A DNA stretch of 64,000 nt from a virus. The stretch lies in the IMG/VR virus record IMGVR_UViG_3300035310_000070. One strand, 5' to 3'. The notes beneath the pieces were generated by a model. The model had not been told where the DNA came from. It was given only the letters and a program-made list of their open reading frames with translations, and did not search any database. A program made the position numbers and the translations under genes. Positions 38,052 through 47,268 of the stretch are shown here, piece after piece (the first letter of the stretch is position 1; each line of letters begins with the position of its first letter).

Positions 38052-39365
38052 ATGGCAACATTACTTGTAGAGATGAAACCCGGTGTGCCTGTCAGACAAG
38101 TCGAGGCCGGCTTGCTCCGGGCAGAGGCCCGACTGGTTAAACCCTACTCGAATATCTCTCGATTCATGGGGACCAGCCTCTGGCTCTTTGACTCTCCGTT
38201 GGGCACCCCATTGACCTCTCTGGCGCGTGCGCCGGGTGTGGATTACCTGGAGCCCGACGAGGAGCACATCTATGTCTTGCCCGGCAATGGGGTGCAGCCA
38301 TTAGGACCTTTTGGCACTCGTTTTCTCTCTCTGGGCGCGCCTGCGGACCCCCACGCCAGCACCCTTCCCTCGATCATACAAATGATTGGAGCGGACCCCG
38401 CCCTGACGCGGTCGCGGGGTGGTGAAGGGGTAATTATTCTGGTCGTGGATTCCGGGATCGACGGGAACCGCGTTCCGGCCTCTCAGCGAGCTGGCGGCTG
38501 GACCGACGACCCTGACGGCAATCCCTGGACGGACCGGACCGGTCACGGAACCATGGTGGGGTTGATCGCCCTGGCGACCGCGCCCAATGCGAAACTCTTC
38601 TCGGTCAAAATGAAGGCCGGCCCCAACGGCGGCCTCATGAAGGAATCGGTGATGTCCGCCATAGATGACCTGATCCCTTTAATCGAAGCCAACCCGGACC
38701 TGAAGCTGGTGATGAATAACTCCTGGGGCACTGAGGGTTGCGGGAGTAACCCATATTGGTGAGAGATGATCCCAGCCCGCCTTGTGCGGAGCATAGACCA
38801 AAAGAATGTCATCGCCATGGCGTTCGCCGCTGGAAACAGCAATCAGGACTGCGGTGGTGCATCCTCGATTCTCTGCATCAACTCCAATGAGGGCGGAATT
38901 ACAGCCGCCGCTCTCGACCGCAATGGTAACCCTCAGGCCTACTCCTCCAGGGGGCCCGGCCAGTGTTCCCTACTGCACCCTTTTATCGGCGCGCCTACGT
39001 TCGGTGTACTTCCCTACGGAGCCGGTTACGTTGACATGGGCGAGGTGGGCGGGGGCACCAGCAGCGCTACGCCGCAACTTTCGGGGGCCCTGGCGATTCT
39101 TAAAGGCGAAATCCCGAAGGCCAACAACACTTTACTTCGCACCGCGCTGGCGGCCGGCGCCAGAAAGACCAACTTTCCCAGCGGGTTCCTGCCATTCGCG
39201 CCGGCCACAGGTTTCGGGATGCTCCAGGTAGACCGTGCCCTGGATTGGTTGCCTTCGGCCCGAGTGCATCCATTTTACCCGGTCATTTCATCGCGATTTG
39301 CGGCGCCTTTAAGGGTACCAGCCACGCGGGTAATAGCTGGCGTGGAACCAAGCCGTCGCGCTTGA
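38052..39365 (+). CDS. Subtilisin-like S8 protease interrupted by one in-frame TGA (38760-38762)
   Basis: VVDSG (D), HGTMV (H), AAGNS (N), GGTSSATP (S); both ORFs share one frame. Confidence 0.85.
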
Positions 39366-39414
39366 TAGGCGCCTTGCCGCCACGTGTGGCGGCCTAAAAT
39401 GGAGCACAGGGACG

Positions 39415-39858
39415 ATGAAGCGCAAACTGCTCAATAGTCTCCGTTGGTTGAGGGACCTGGCATTGCTTCGCCTGTTCTTGAACGCGACGCAGCACGACGG
39501 CTTCTGGCTCGGTCAACAGCTATTCCAGGTTGGGAACGGGGCCAATCCGACCTACACGCTGCGGGACGGACGATACTGGACCGTACCGTTTGAGAAGTGG
39601 CAGAGGATTGCGAAGTACAATTGGCGGCTGAAATACTATGTGGACCGCTGGGACTGCGACAACTTCGCCGACCTATTCCGGGTGCTGGTCAGCGTGGCTT
39701 TCGGACTGAACACGGTCGGGACGGTCCTGAACCAGCAGCACGCCTGGAACGTCGTGGTGGCTGAGGATGGGCTGCATTGGTTCGAGCCACAGACCGGGGT
39801 ATGGGTAACGGACCTGACAGGGATTTACAGCCTAGAGGGGGCGAGGGTGGAGATATGA
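39415..39858 (+). CDS. Papain/transglutaminase-like cysteine peptidase
   Basis: DCDNFA...HAWN...FEPQT. Confidence 0.75.
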   Translation: MKRKLLNSLRWLRDLALLRLFLNATQHDGFWLGQQLFQVGNGANPTYTLRDGRYWTVPFEKWQRIAKYNWRLKYYVDRWDCDNFADLFRVLVSVAFGLNTVGTVLNQQHAWNVVVAEDGLHWFEPQTGVWVTDLTGIYSLEGARVEI

Positions 39859-39995
39859 AGATTCCCAAAATATTCAAGGTCCGGGTTTCCGAGAAGCCCC
39901 TGTGCGGGACCCGGGTCAAAGAGGCCATGGAGACCCTAAAGGCAGTGACGAACGGCAAAGGGAAGCTCAATGCCAGTGTCAAGCCCACTCGCTAA
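39855..39995 (+). CDS. Small basic protein
   Basis: ATGA overlap; GGAG RBS. Confidence 0.5.
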   Translation: MKIPKIFKVRVSEKPLCGTRVKEAMETLKAVTNGKGKLNASVKPTR

Positions 39996-40140
39996 GCTCA
40001 TTATTCAGGGAATATTGAGCTTGGGCCTTCTGGGGGCTGGGCTATTTGTGCTGGTCACTATGGATTTGAAGGCCAATCCAGAGCTAGCGGTATCGGCGGG
40101 CGGTTGGATCGCACTCCCGGTTGGCTACTGGATGAAGTGA
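39970..40140 (+). CDS. 56-aa two-TM holin-like protein (not in the ORF track)
   Basis: MPVSSPLAKLIIQGILSLGLLGAGLFVLV...AGGWIALPVGYWMK. Confidence 0.65.
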   Translation: MPVSSPLAKLIIQGILSLGLLGAGLFVLVTMDLKANPELAVSAGGWIALPVGYWMK

Positions 40141-40141
40141 A

Positions 40142-40393
40142 ATGACAGTTGCCGCGATACGCTCGCTTCGTCCGGCTTTGGATAAGCAAGAGCCTCTGAC
40201 CTGGTTGCCGCTGAAAGATGGGCAGCGATGGAGCGCTAGCTTTGTTTGCTCCAACGGACACGACGGCACACTTCTTGACCACGCTATCGCGCCTGACGGC
40301 GCGGTACACCCAAGTGTGGTCTGCAACGGAATCCCCGGAGGAGAGGGTTGCACCTTCCACGATTACGTTGTACTTCAAGGCTGGACGGCCTGA
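40142..40393 (+). CDS. Cys/His metal-binding phage protein
   Basis: CSNGH...VHPSVVC...CTFH...W. Confidence 0.7.
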   Translation: MTVAAIRSLRPALDKQEPLTWLPLKDGQRWSASFVCSNGHDGTLLDHAIAPDGAVHPSVVCNGIPGGEGCTFHDYVVLQGWTA

Positions 40394-40410
40394 GCGGGGG
40401 TTTATAGTCG

Positions 40411-40671
40411 ATGCCAAAGTACGGGGTGACGCTGAAATTACCTGGCGGCGGCTTCGCCAGGATTTGCGGCTCTAAGCCCATGGTGGCCTGCCGGGCTTGC
40501 GAAGCGGCCGTCTCTGCCTACCTTTGCGACTACCCGGTCTCCCAGGGCCGGACCTGCGACATGCCCCTGTGCGGCGGTTGCCGGGTTCCCCAGAGTCCGG
40601 GCCGGGACTTTTGCCCCCGGCATGGCCAGCAGACCCTAAAATTGGGCGCTACAGCGGGCCCAGCCCTCTAA
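40411..40671 (+). CDS. Cys-rich Zn-finger protein
   Basis: CxxC...CD...CD..LC..C...DFCPRH. Confidence 0.75.
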   Translation: MPKYGVTLKLPGGGFARICGSKPMVACRACEAAVSAYLCDYPVSQGRTCDMPLCGGCRVPQSPGRDFCPRHGQQTLKLGATAGPAL

Positions 40672-40881
40672 AACCACCGGCGAAACGGCCCTGGGCCGAC
40701 GTGGGGACCACTCCAACCGTTCTAGGCCCCGGAAACGCCGTCCTGGAGCGATTTCCCCCTGACCCGCCTGCCCTTTCCCCGGGTGGTTCTCGGCCTTTTG
40801 TATCTGGGGCACCCGCAAGCGTGACACCGGCGGCAGGGCGCGCGGTTTTTAATATTCGTTCAAAAGCCCGCCCTGGAGCTA

Positions 40882-40912
40882 TTGACACCAACTTCGTCTT
40901 GTAGGCTATACT
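40882..40912 (+). promoter_or_regulatory. Candidate promoter of the replication operon
   Basis: TTGACA-19 bp-TATACT (long spacer). Confidence 0.4.
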
Positions 40913-41048
40913 AACGGAGGTTTTACAAAATAGCAGGTTGACGCCAAAAGGAAAGGGCCAGCCCGACGACAAGCTGACCCCATCCCGAAGGCGCCGCCCC
41001 ATGGTGATAGCATGAGGCACACGGAAATCGTAACCAATTATTCCTAAG

Positions 41049-41086
41049 CGGTCAAGAGGCCCACAGGCCCTTGGCCGTTTCTTTTT
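41049..41086 (+). terminator. Intrinsic terminator before the SWIM gene
   Basis: About 12-bp stem, CACA loop, then TTTCTTTTT. Confidence 0.7.
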
Positions 41087-41113
41087 GCCTCAGGACAGGC
41101 TAGAAAGAGTAGT

Positions 41114-41452
41114 ATGCCTAATTTCCCTCAGACCACGCGAGAACTTGCCGGGGAACAGGTCGACATAGCGGCCATCTATCCCCTGGCCGACGGGTGGTCT
41201 GTCCCTTCCGACACCGGCCGACGCCGCTATATCGTGCGACTCAACGACGAGGACCGCCGCAGCGTTCCCAATGACCAGCCGCCCTGGGCCCGGCGGCCTC
41301 AGTGCACATGCATGGATCACCAGGTCCGCCACGTCCGCTGCAAGCATATATGCGCTGTGTTCAGGAAGCTCGTGGCTTACGAAATCACGATGGGCGAGGC
41401 CACACTGGAGTACGAGACCATCAGCCGGGCCGCCCAGGAGTGGACGCCATGA
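41114..41452 (+). CDS. SWIM zinc-finger protein
   Basis: CTCMDH...CKHICAV. Confidence 0.85.
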   Translation: MPNFPQTTRELAGEQVDIAAIYPLADGWSVPSDTGRRRYIVRLNDEDRRSVPNDQPPWARRPQCTCMDHQVRHVRCKHICAVFRKLVAYEITMGEATLEYETISRAAQEWTP

Positions 41453-42099
41453 CCAAACCACAACAGTACTACTTAGCGGGCCGATTCTTCGACTCCAAGG
41501 CTGCGGTCACCAGAGCGGTTCGTACCGAGCTACTGCAATATAACTGGTGGGACCAATTCACCTCGCCACTTCTGGCAGACCTTCTATCCCACTATCATCA
41601 CGCGCTGCCTCGCCTCGGCCTTGTTCCGTTGAAATTCAGAAAAACGCCGCCACTGGAATCTAACCGACTAGAGGACTACAACTTCGAGGCCTACTTCGAC
41701 GACCCCAGGATTGGCGGATGGCATGGCGTAAGTTGGGTCAAGTGCCTAAGACCGTCTACCTACTTCGACGAAGTCCGCGAGTTCCTAAGACGGACAATCG
41801 CCCCAGCAATGGCTTCCCAGCGGGGGCTTCGCTGCGAAAGCTGCGGCTCCAACCAGAACTTGGAAGTTGACCACGCCTCGCCGGCCTTCCAAGAGATATT
41901 CCTTGAAGCTGTTAAACAGTTCACGATGGCCGAGATTGATGGCTGGGCGTACCACGATTGGATTGGCGAAGAACGGTTCAAGCTGCCTAGGGACCACCCG
42001 GTCACACAATCGTTTCTCACCTTACACGCCGGCGCAGTGCTTCAAACCCTCTGCCGAACATGTCACATTCAGAAAACCAATGGACGGCAGATGCCATGA
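41449..42099 (+). CDS. DCL (DUF3223)-like plus HNH protein
   Basis: SWVKCL; CESC...VDH...LCRTCH. Confidence 0.7.
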   Translation: MTKPQQYYLAGRFFDSKAAVTRAVRTELLQYNWWDQFTSPLLADLLSHYHHALPRLGLVPLKFRKTPPLESNRLEDYNFEAYFDDPRIGGWHGVSWVKCLRPSTYFDEVREFLRRTIAPAMASQRGLRCESCGSNQNLEVDHASPAFQEIFLEAVKQFTMAEIDGWAYHDWIGEERFKLPRDHPVTQSFLTLHAGAVLQTLCRTCHIQKTNGRQMP

Positions 42100-43307
42100 C
42101 GGCCCACTCCACGCTAAAGATACTCGACATCATCCAAAGCTTCGCCCCGCGTGATCATTTCCTCGGTCATAATCCGAGGTCCAAGTACCTGATGGCCTGC
42201 CCCCTGTGTAATTACCACAGCCGGTCAGGACGCGACGTTTACTTCACGGTTTCGGAGGACCAACAGTTATTCAAATGCTTCGTATGCGGCGCCCAGGGCA
42301 ACGCATATCAACTGCAACAACTCCTACTGAACCCCACGCGCTCTCCACAGCCACTTCCCTCCACCCAGCCCAAGCAACGCCGTCGGGCAGCTCAAACTGA
42401 GATACCCCTCGGCACAACCGTGGCCGAGGTGGCAGCGGCCAAGGGCTTGGACCCCCATTTCCTCAGGCGAATCATGGGTTGGGACGATGCCAAGGAGTAC
42501 TATGGGAGACTCATACCTGTAGTCGTCATGCCTTACTACTCTCCCGAAGGCCACCGGTCCCTACGTCATCGGATAGCCTTGACCGGAGACCGGTTTCGGT
42601 GGGTCAGAGGCAGCAAAGTATCCCTCTACGGCCTCCAACACCTTGAACGACTTAGGAAACACAAATCGGTCATCTTGGTCGAGGGCGAGACCGACACCGC
42701 GCAACTACTCCAGCGGGGTATCCCTGCCCTAGGGGTCCCTGGGGTTGAGACGTGGAAAGAGGAGTGGAAGAAGCAGCTTGAGGGCTTCGATGAGGTCTAC
42801 GTCTGGCAGGAGAATGACACGGCCGGCGAGAAGCTGGTCCAGGCCGTCTGCCGCACCATTCCAACGGCCTTCGTCGTCACTGCCTCATCCTTTGCCAAGG
42901 ACCCTTGCGAACTGGCAGTCATAGCCAAAGATAATTTCAAGAACGAATTTGATACTCTGATCGCCCAGGCTAAACAACGCCCTATGCCTGCTTCCTTGCT
43001 CCCCGTCCCCGATTTCCTTCCGCGCCGCCATCAAGGCCTTGGTTATGCCCTACTCCGTCCGTACCGTCAGATAGACCTAGCCAAGTACGTCAACGACCAT
43101 CTTACCGCACTAATACCGGTGGCTCCCAATAGCTGGAAGGGCCAGTGCCCGATTCACGACGGAGGACCACCTAGTTTTCTCGTGACAGCCAATCCGTGGC
43201 GCTGGCGCTGTTTCGGCGCCTGCTCCACCGGCGGCGACATGGTCAAACTTATTGCCGAACTCAAACGTGTGGGGAAGTGGGGAAATGACAACACCAGCCC
43301 TTCCTAA
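42096..43307 (+). CDS. Primase-like protein: Zn finger, TOPRIM and a second Zn finger
   Basis: CPLC.YH, VEGETD, QENDTAG, KDP; C-terminal CPIHD...CFGAC. Confidence 0.85.
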   Translation: MTAHSTLKILDIIQSFAPRDHFLGHNPRSKYLMACPLCNYHSRSGRDVYFTVSEDQQLFKCFVCGAQGNAYQLQQLLLNPTRSPQPLPSTQPKQRRRAAQTEIPLGTTVAEVAAAKGLDPHFLRRIMGWDDAKEYYGRLIPVVVMPYYSPEGHRSLRHRIALTGDRFRWVRGSKVSLYGLQHLERLRKHKSVILVEGETDTAQLLQRGIPALGVPGVETWKEEWKKQLEGFDEVYVWQENDTAGEKLVQAVCRTIPTAFVVTASSFAKDPCELAVIAKDNFKNEFDTLIAQAKQRPMPASLLPVPDFLPRRHQGLGYALLRPYRQIDLAKYVNDHLTALIPVAPNSWKGQCPIHDGGPPSFLVTANPWRWRCFGACSTGGDMVKLIAELKRVGKWGNDNTSPS

Positions 43308-44772
43308 CGCCCAGCACCTGTACCAGGAACAGGCGCACTTATTAGACCAGGCTGCGCTAGAACCACAACACCACACGGACTTGGGCAACGCCCTCCGGCT
43401 GGTTGCACTGCATGGGAACGACTTCCGCAATTGCGTGGACCGGCTTTTCTTTTGGATGGAAGCCCGGTGGGTGCCCGAGGTTCCTGGAGCAATGCACCGG
43501 TTTGCAAAGGATGTCATCCTCTCTCTTTACAACGACGCGGCGTTGCTTCAGGCAGAGGCCGCCACCAGCCCGGACCTCATCCCCGAGGAGCGCAGCCAGT
43601 TATCAAAGCAGGCGGAGGCCACCGCCAGATGGGCGCGCACCTCGGAGAACCAGGCTCGGATAAACGCCATGATCGGGCTGGCCAAGAACGAAGAGAGTGT
43701 TCAAATAGGCGCCAAAGCGTGGGACCTTGACCAATGGTTACTCAACACTCCAGCCGGGACGCTGGACCTTCGGACCAGCACCCTCCGGCCCCATGACAGA
43801 GCCGACTACATCACCATGATGACAGTCGCCTCCTATGATCCCCAGGCCGGCTACCTACCCTGGGATGACTTCCTGGCCCGTATCATGCCAGACCCTACTT
43901 TGCGCTCCTACCTGCAACGGTCCCTCGGCTATTCGGTCACTGGCATTACCACAGAGGAGAAACTGTTTATGCCTTGGGGCCCGCCAGCAACCGGGAAAAG
44001 CACGCTACTCAGAGCGGTGGGAACCTGTTTGGGTGACTACGCCGTCGTGGTCGGTGGCGAAACCTTCGGTGAACAGAAATCCGATGGTAACGCGCCAAGG
44101 AACGACGTGGCCCGTCTTGTCGGCAAGAGATTCGTGCTGGCGATGGAACTTCCAGGTAATCAAAGGTTGGCTACCGGCCTCTTACAGAGGATGACCGGCG
44201 GTGATGTCATGGTCACCCGGTTCAATTACCAAGAATTCTTTGAATTTCTGCCAACCGGCAAGATCTGGCTCACGTCGAACAGCCGGCCAATTATCCCGGA
44301 CAACGAGCCTGGCATGTGGCGGCGGGTGTCCCAAGTACCCTTCCAGGTTGTAATCCCCGAGCCAGAGCGCGACCCCGATCTTAAAATCGCTCTCATGGAC
44401 CCCGACTTTGGGGGCACCGCCGTCCTCCGGTGGCTGGTCGAAGGCTGCGCATCATGGCAGCAGCTTGGACTAAATGCGCCCCAAGTTGTCCAACGTGCCA
44501 GTGCCTCCTACCGTCAGGAAATGGACCGACTCGCCGGATTCATCGAAGATGTCTGTTTCGTTGAAGAGAACGCCACCTGCACTAACTCGACCATCTACGC
44601 CGCTTACCAACAATGGTGCCAGCAAAATGGTGAGCGTACCATTAGCCATAAAGGGTTCACCCAGCGTCTGGAAGCGAAGGGCTACACCCGGCTACGGGCG
44701 CATGAGGGCGTTAGGCAGTGGAGAGGGATCGGCTTACAGGCGGATGGCTACCGGCAGGGCCAGTTGAGTTAG
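43285..44772 (+). CDS. P4/D5-family primase-helicase (D5_N plus SF3 ATPase)
   Basis: LLNTPAGTLDL, GPPATGKS, GKRFV...E, WRRV. Confidence 0.95.
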   Translation: MTTPALPNAQHLYQEQAHLLDQAALEPQHHTDLGNALRLVALHGNDFRNCVDRLFFWMEARWVPEVPGAMHRFAKDVILSLYNDAALLQAEAATSPDLIPEERSQLSKQAEATARWARTSENQARINAMIGLAKNEESVQIGAKAWDLDQWLLNTPAGTLDLRTSTLRPHDRADYITMMTVASYDPQAGYLPWDDFLARIMPDPTLRSYLQRSLGYSVTGITTEEKLFMPWGPPATGKSTLLRAVGTCLGDYAVVVGGETFGEQKSDGNAPRNDVARLVGKRFVLAMELPGNQRLATGLLQRMTGGDVMVTRFNYQEFFEFLPTGKIWLTSNSRPIIPDNEPGMWRRVSQVPFQVVIPEPERDPDLKIALMDPDFGGTAVLRWLVEGCASWQQLGLNAPQVVQRASASYRQEMDRLAGFIEDVCFVEENATCTNSTIYAAYQQWCQQNGERTISHKGFTQRLEAKGYTRLRAHEGVRQWRGIGLQADGYRQGQLS

Positions 44773-44774
44773 CT

Positions 44775-44927
44775 CGGAGACACATCCTGAGATACCACGG
44801 AGACACTTCCAGATAGGGACACATTAGTGTTACATCCTTTTTTATATAAAGGGGTATTATAGGGGAGTATTGCAAATAAGGTATCCGTCGTATCTACAAC
44901 CGTCTCCCGAAGTGGCTCCCAGATAGG
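44775..44927. promoter_or_regulatory. Candidate replication origin
   Basis: CGGAGACAC x2, GAGATAC, CCAGATAGGG x2 around an AT-rich core, right after the helicase. Confidence 0.5.
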
Positions 44928-44957
44928 GCCGTACATCATCGATGGAGAGGGCCAACA

Positions 44958-45158
44958 ATAAAGAGCTTTGACGAGCTATGCCGGGCCCGCGACGAGGTGG
45001 TGGACGAGCTGCTGAAGCGCCCGGCCACCGACGGCTTCCGGTCCAGCCTGGTCCAGTACCTTATCTCGGGTAAGTCTCAAGACAAAATGCCAATGCAACT
45101 GGTAGCGGCTCAAGAGGCGGTCATGCTAGCTTTGGAGACCGGCGCTGATGCCCAGTGA
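44958..45158 (+). CDS. Possible small protein with ATA start
   Basis: GGAGAGG RBS; SFDELCRARDEVVDELLKR reads like protein. Confidence 0.3.
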   Translation: MKSFDELCRARDEVVDELLKRPATDGFRSSLVQYLISGKSQDKMPMQLVAAQEAVMLALETGADAQ

Positions 45159-45197
45159 GCGCCGGACTACCGGAGGCAAGGGTTCTAGGCGGGCTTA

Positions 45198-45665
45198 TCA
45201 CTGCCTTGCCCAGGCAGTCCAACGGTCGAACTTAGATTGCAACCGCCTCAGCTTCGTCGGGCTGAGACCGTGGCGATCTCGGATCTGGCGCGTCGTCTCG
45301 GCCAGATGGCAATCGTGGCACAGCACCTCCAGGCCGCCACCGTCTGGCCCCGCCTCCTGGTGGTGGTGGCATCCGAGACCATAGCCCCGCCCTTCGCGCG
45401 GCGTGACGTGGTTGACTTCGAGTTTGCCCTTATGCGTCGCGTCCCTGCGACATTGGTGGTGTGCCCGCCTCAACGCTTCCGTCCTCGCGTAACCCCAATC
45501 GTGGTTCCGTAAATAGCGCAAGCGGCAGCTATCCTCGTCTCCTCGCGTCGCCTTGCAAAACCATATTGCGCGCCCCTGTAAGGCGCGTCCACAAGCGCCG
45601 CAGGTGCCGGGCCCCTTGGGCGACTTTCGCGGCTTCCAGTCGGCGCCTTGACAGAATGGCAACAT
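45198..45665 (-). CDS. HNH endonuclease
   Basis: CGAC; LEVNHV...LCHDCH. Confidence 0.8.
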   Translation of the reverse strand: MLPFCQGADWKPRKSPKGPGTCGACGRALQGRAIWFCKATRGDEDSCRLRYLRNHDWGYARTEALRRAHHQCRRDATHKGKLEVNHVTPREGRGYGLGCHHHQEAGPDGGGLEVLCHDCHLAETTRQIRDRHGLSPTKLRRLQSKFDRWTAWARQ

Positions 45666-45882
45666 CAGTTCACCTCCGCCTGAATCCGCAGCTGGGCTAG
45701 GTGGTAGACCCCTACAGAGATCGCATCCCAGGCGTGGTCTGAGTAGTTCGCCTCGTGCAGATTGTACTCGTGCCGGAGGACCGCCTCGACCTCGTCTTTT
45801 GAGGCCCGCCGTGAGCCAGCCACCCGCAGCTTGATGTCGGCGACCTTATACCGGTGCAGCCGGTAACCTCTGGCCATGACCC
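45665..45882 (-). pseudogene. C-terminal fragment of a RuvC-like resolvase
   Basis: IKLRVAGSRRASKDEV...HAWDAI; N-terminal half missing at the transposon end. Confidence 0.7.
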
Positions 45883-45985
45883 GGCTTTGCACAACAAATG
45901 CGTCCTGCACAAATAATCGGCAGCCTGCACAAATAATCGTCTATGCTATACTCCCGTCAGTCCTGTTGCTGGGGTATGGTGGCGC

Positions 45986-46585
45986 ATGGTCAGGCCGAAC
46001 ATTCTCGACCAGTGGCAGATCAGCTCGGCGGAACTCGCTGAGATCATTGCCGCCAATCCCAGTATGCGCGGCTTGGTCTTCGGGTATGTAGCAGAGTTCA
46101 AACTTAGGAAGATGTGGTTTTCAGGTAAGGCGGTTGAGAACGCCACCAAATATGATGACCACGACCGAGGCCGAAAAAGTGACCTAGTATTCAGATATAA
46201 GGACTGTGAGATAACTGTAGAGTCAAAATCGCTACAGACGGCCAGTATATTGCCGACGCTCGAAGGATTTCGCGGGAAATTCCAATGCGACGCAAGCGAC
46301 CGACGTGCAGTGACCCTACCGGATGGCTCTACGTTGGAAACAACATGTCTGGTTGTAGGGCAATTCGATCTGCTGGCTGTCAACCTGTTCGCATTCGAGA
46401 ACAAGTGGCGCTTCGTCTTCGCTCGCAACCAAGACCTCCCGCGTTCCACGTTCAAGAAATACACTCCTACGCAGCGGCAATCTTTGTTGGCGACGCTAGT
46501 GACCGTAACCTGGCCTTCTCAAGCCCCTTTTGAGGAGGAGCCGTTCAGGTTGTTGGATGTGATTGCTAAGGAGAAGTCCCGCTGA
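45986..46585 (+). CDS. PD-(D/E)xK type II restriction endonuclease-like protein
   Basis: GYVAE...SDL...VESKS. Confidence 0.7.
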   Translation: MVRPNILDQWQISSAELAEIIAANPSMRGLVFGYVAEFKLRKMWFSGKAVENATKYDDHDRGRKSDLVFRYKDCEITVESKSLQTASILPTLEGFRGKFQCDASDRRAVTLPDGSTLETTCLVVGQFDLLAVNLFAFENKWRFVFARNQDLPRSTFKKYTPTQRQSLLATLVTVTWPSQAPFEEEPFRLLDVIAKEKSR

Positions 46586-47268
46586 GTCTGTCCTACTTTT
46601 GTTTTTACGAAGACTAGGAAGTAGGAGTGGTTTTTTCTCGCGTGAACCTGTTGAATGACCCGACTCATGCCTGGGGCGTTAGTTCTAACCACAATGAACA
46701 GGTCTTTTGCATAGAAACCCATATCGGCGTATTTGTTGATAATTTCAACGTGAGTGAGGCATTGAGTGTTCGCGCTAACTTCGTCCTGACACTTAACAAC
46801 CAGTACCCCTCCGGGTCTTAGAACGCGGTATGCTTCCGCTCCCGCTCCAAAGTACATCGCAGTAACGGCCCCATGGTATTTCTCACCTTCCAATGTTGGC
46901 TGGCCATTGGAATAGGTAGCACGGAAGGCCCCATGCGTCCCGGCCCCGGCCATGTGTTCAGACTTTCTTCGGTAGAGACCTTCCATGTACGGCGGGTCTA
47001 GGACTACACAGTCGATCGAGGCTTCAGCGTAGGGCAACGCCCGGCAATCCGTCCCGGTTGAGACATCTGTAGCAAGAAGGTTGTATTTCCCCTGGGGTAC
47101 TCGTTTCCAGAAAATCCCTTTGCCATAGGTAACATCGGCAATAGTCGAATGTTCCGGCACATGGAGCTTGAGAATCTGCGGGAATAACTCGTCATTTGAC
47201 CCGATGTGACTTGAACGTACCACATCGCTGGTCGCAATCCCTTTGGGCGACTTCCGTTTATTGTTCAT
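46519..47268 (-). CDS. N6-A/N4-C DNA methyltransferase
   Basis: [22 protein letters not shown]. Confidence 0.9.
   Translation of the reverse strand: MNNKRKSPKGIATSDVVRSSHIGSNDELFPQILKLHVPEHSTIADVTYGKGIFWKRVPQGKYNLLATDVSTGTDCRALPYAEASIDCVVLDPPYMEGLYRRKSEHMAGAGTHGAFRATYSNGQPTLEGEKYHGAVTAMYFGAGAEAYRVLRPGGVLVVKCQDEVSANTQCLTHVEIINKYADMGFYAKDLFIVVRTNAPGMSRVIQQVHARKNHSYFLVFVKTKVGQTQRDFSLAITSNNLNGSSSKGA

Noticed and set aside
45874-45882. 9-bp IS903-type target-site duplication
   Set aside because: Left flank CCATGACCC differs from right flank GGTTACACC
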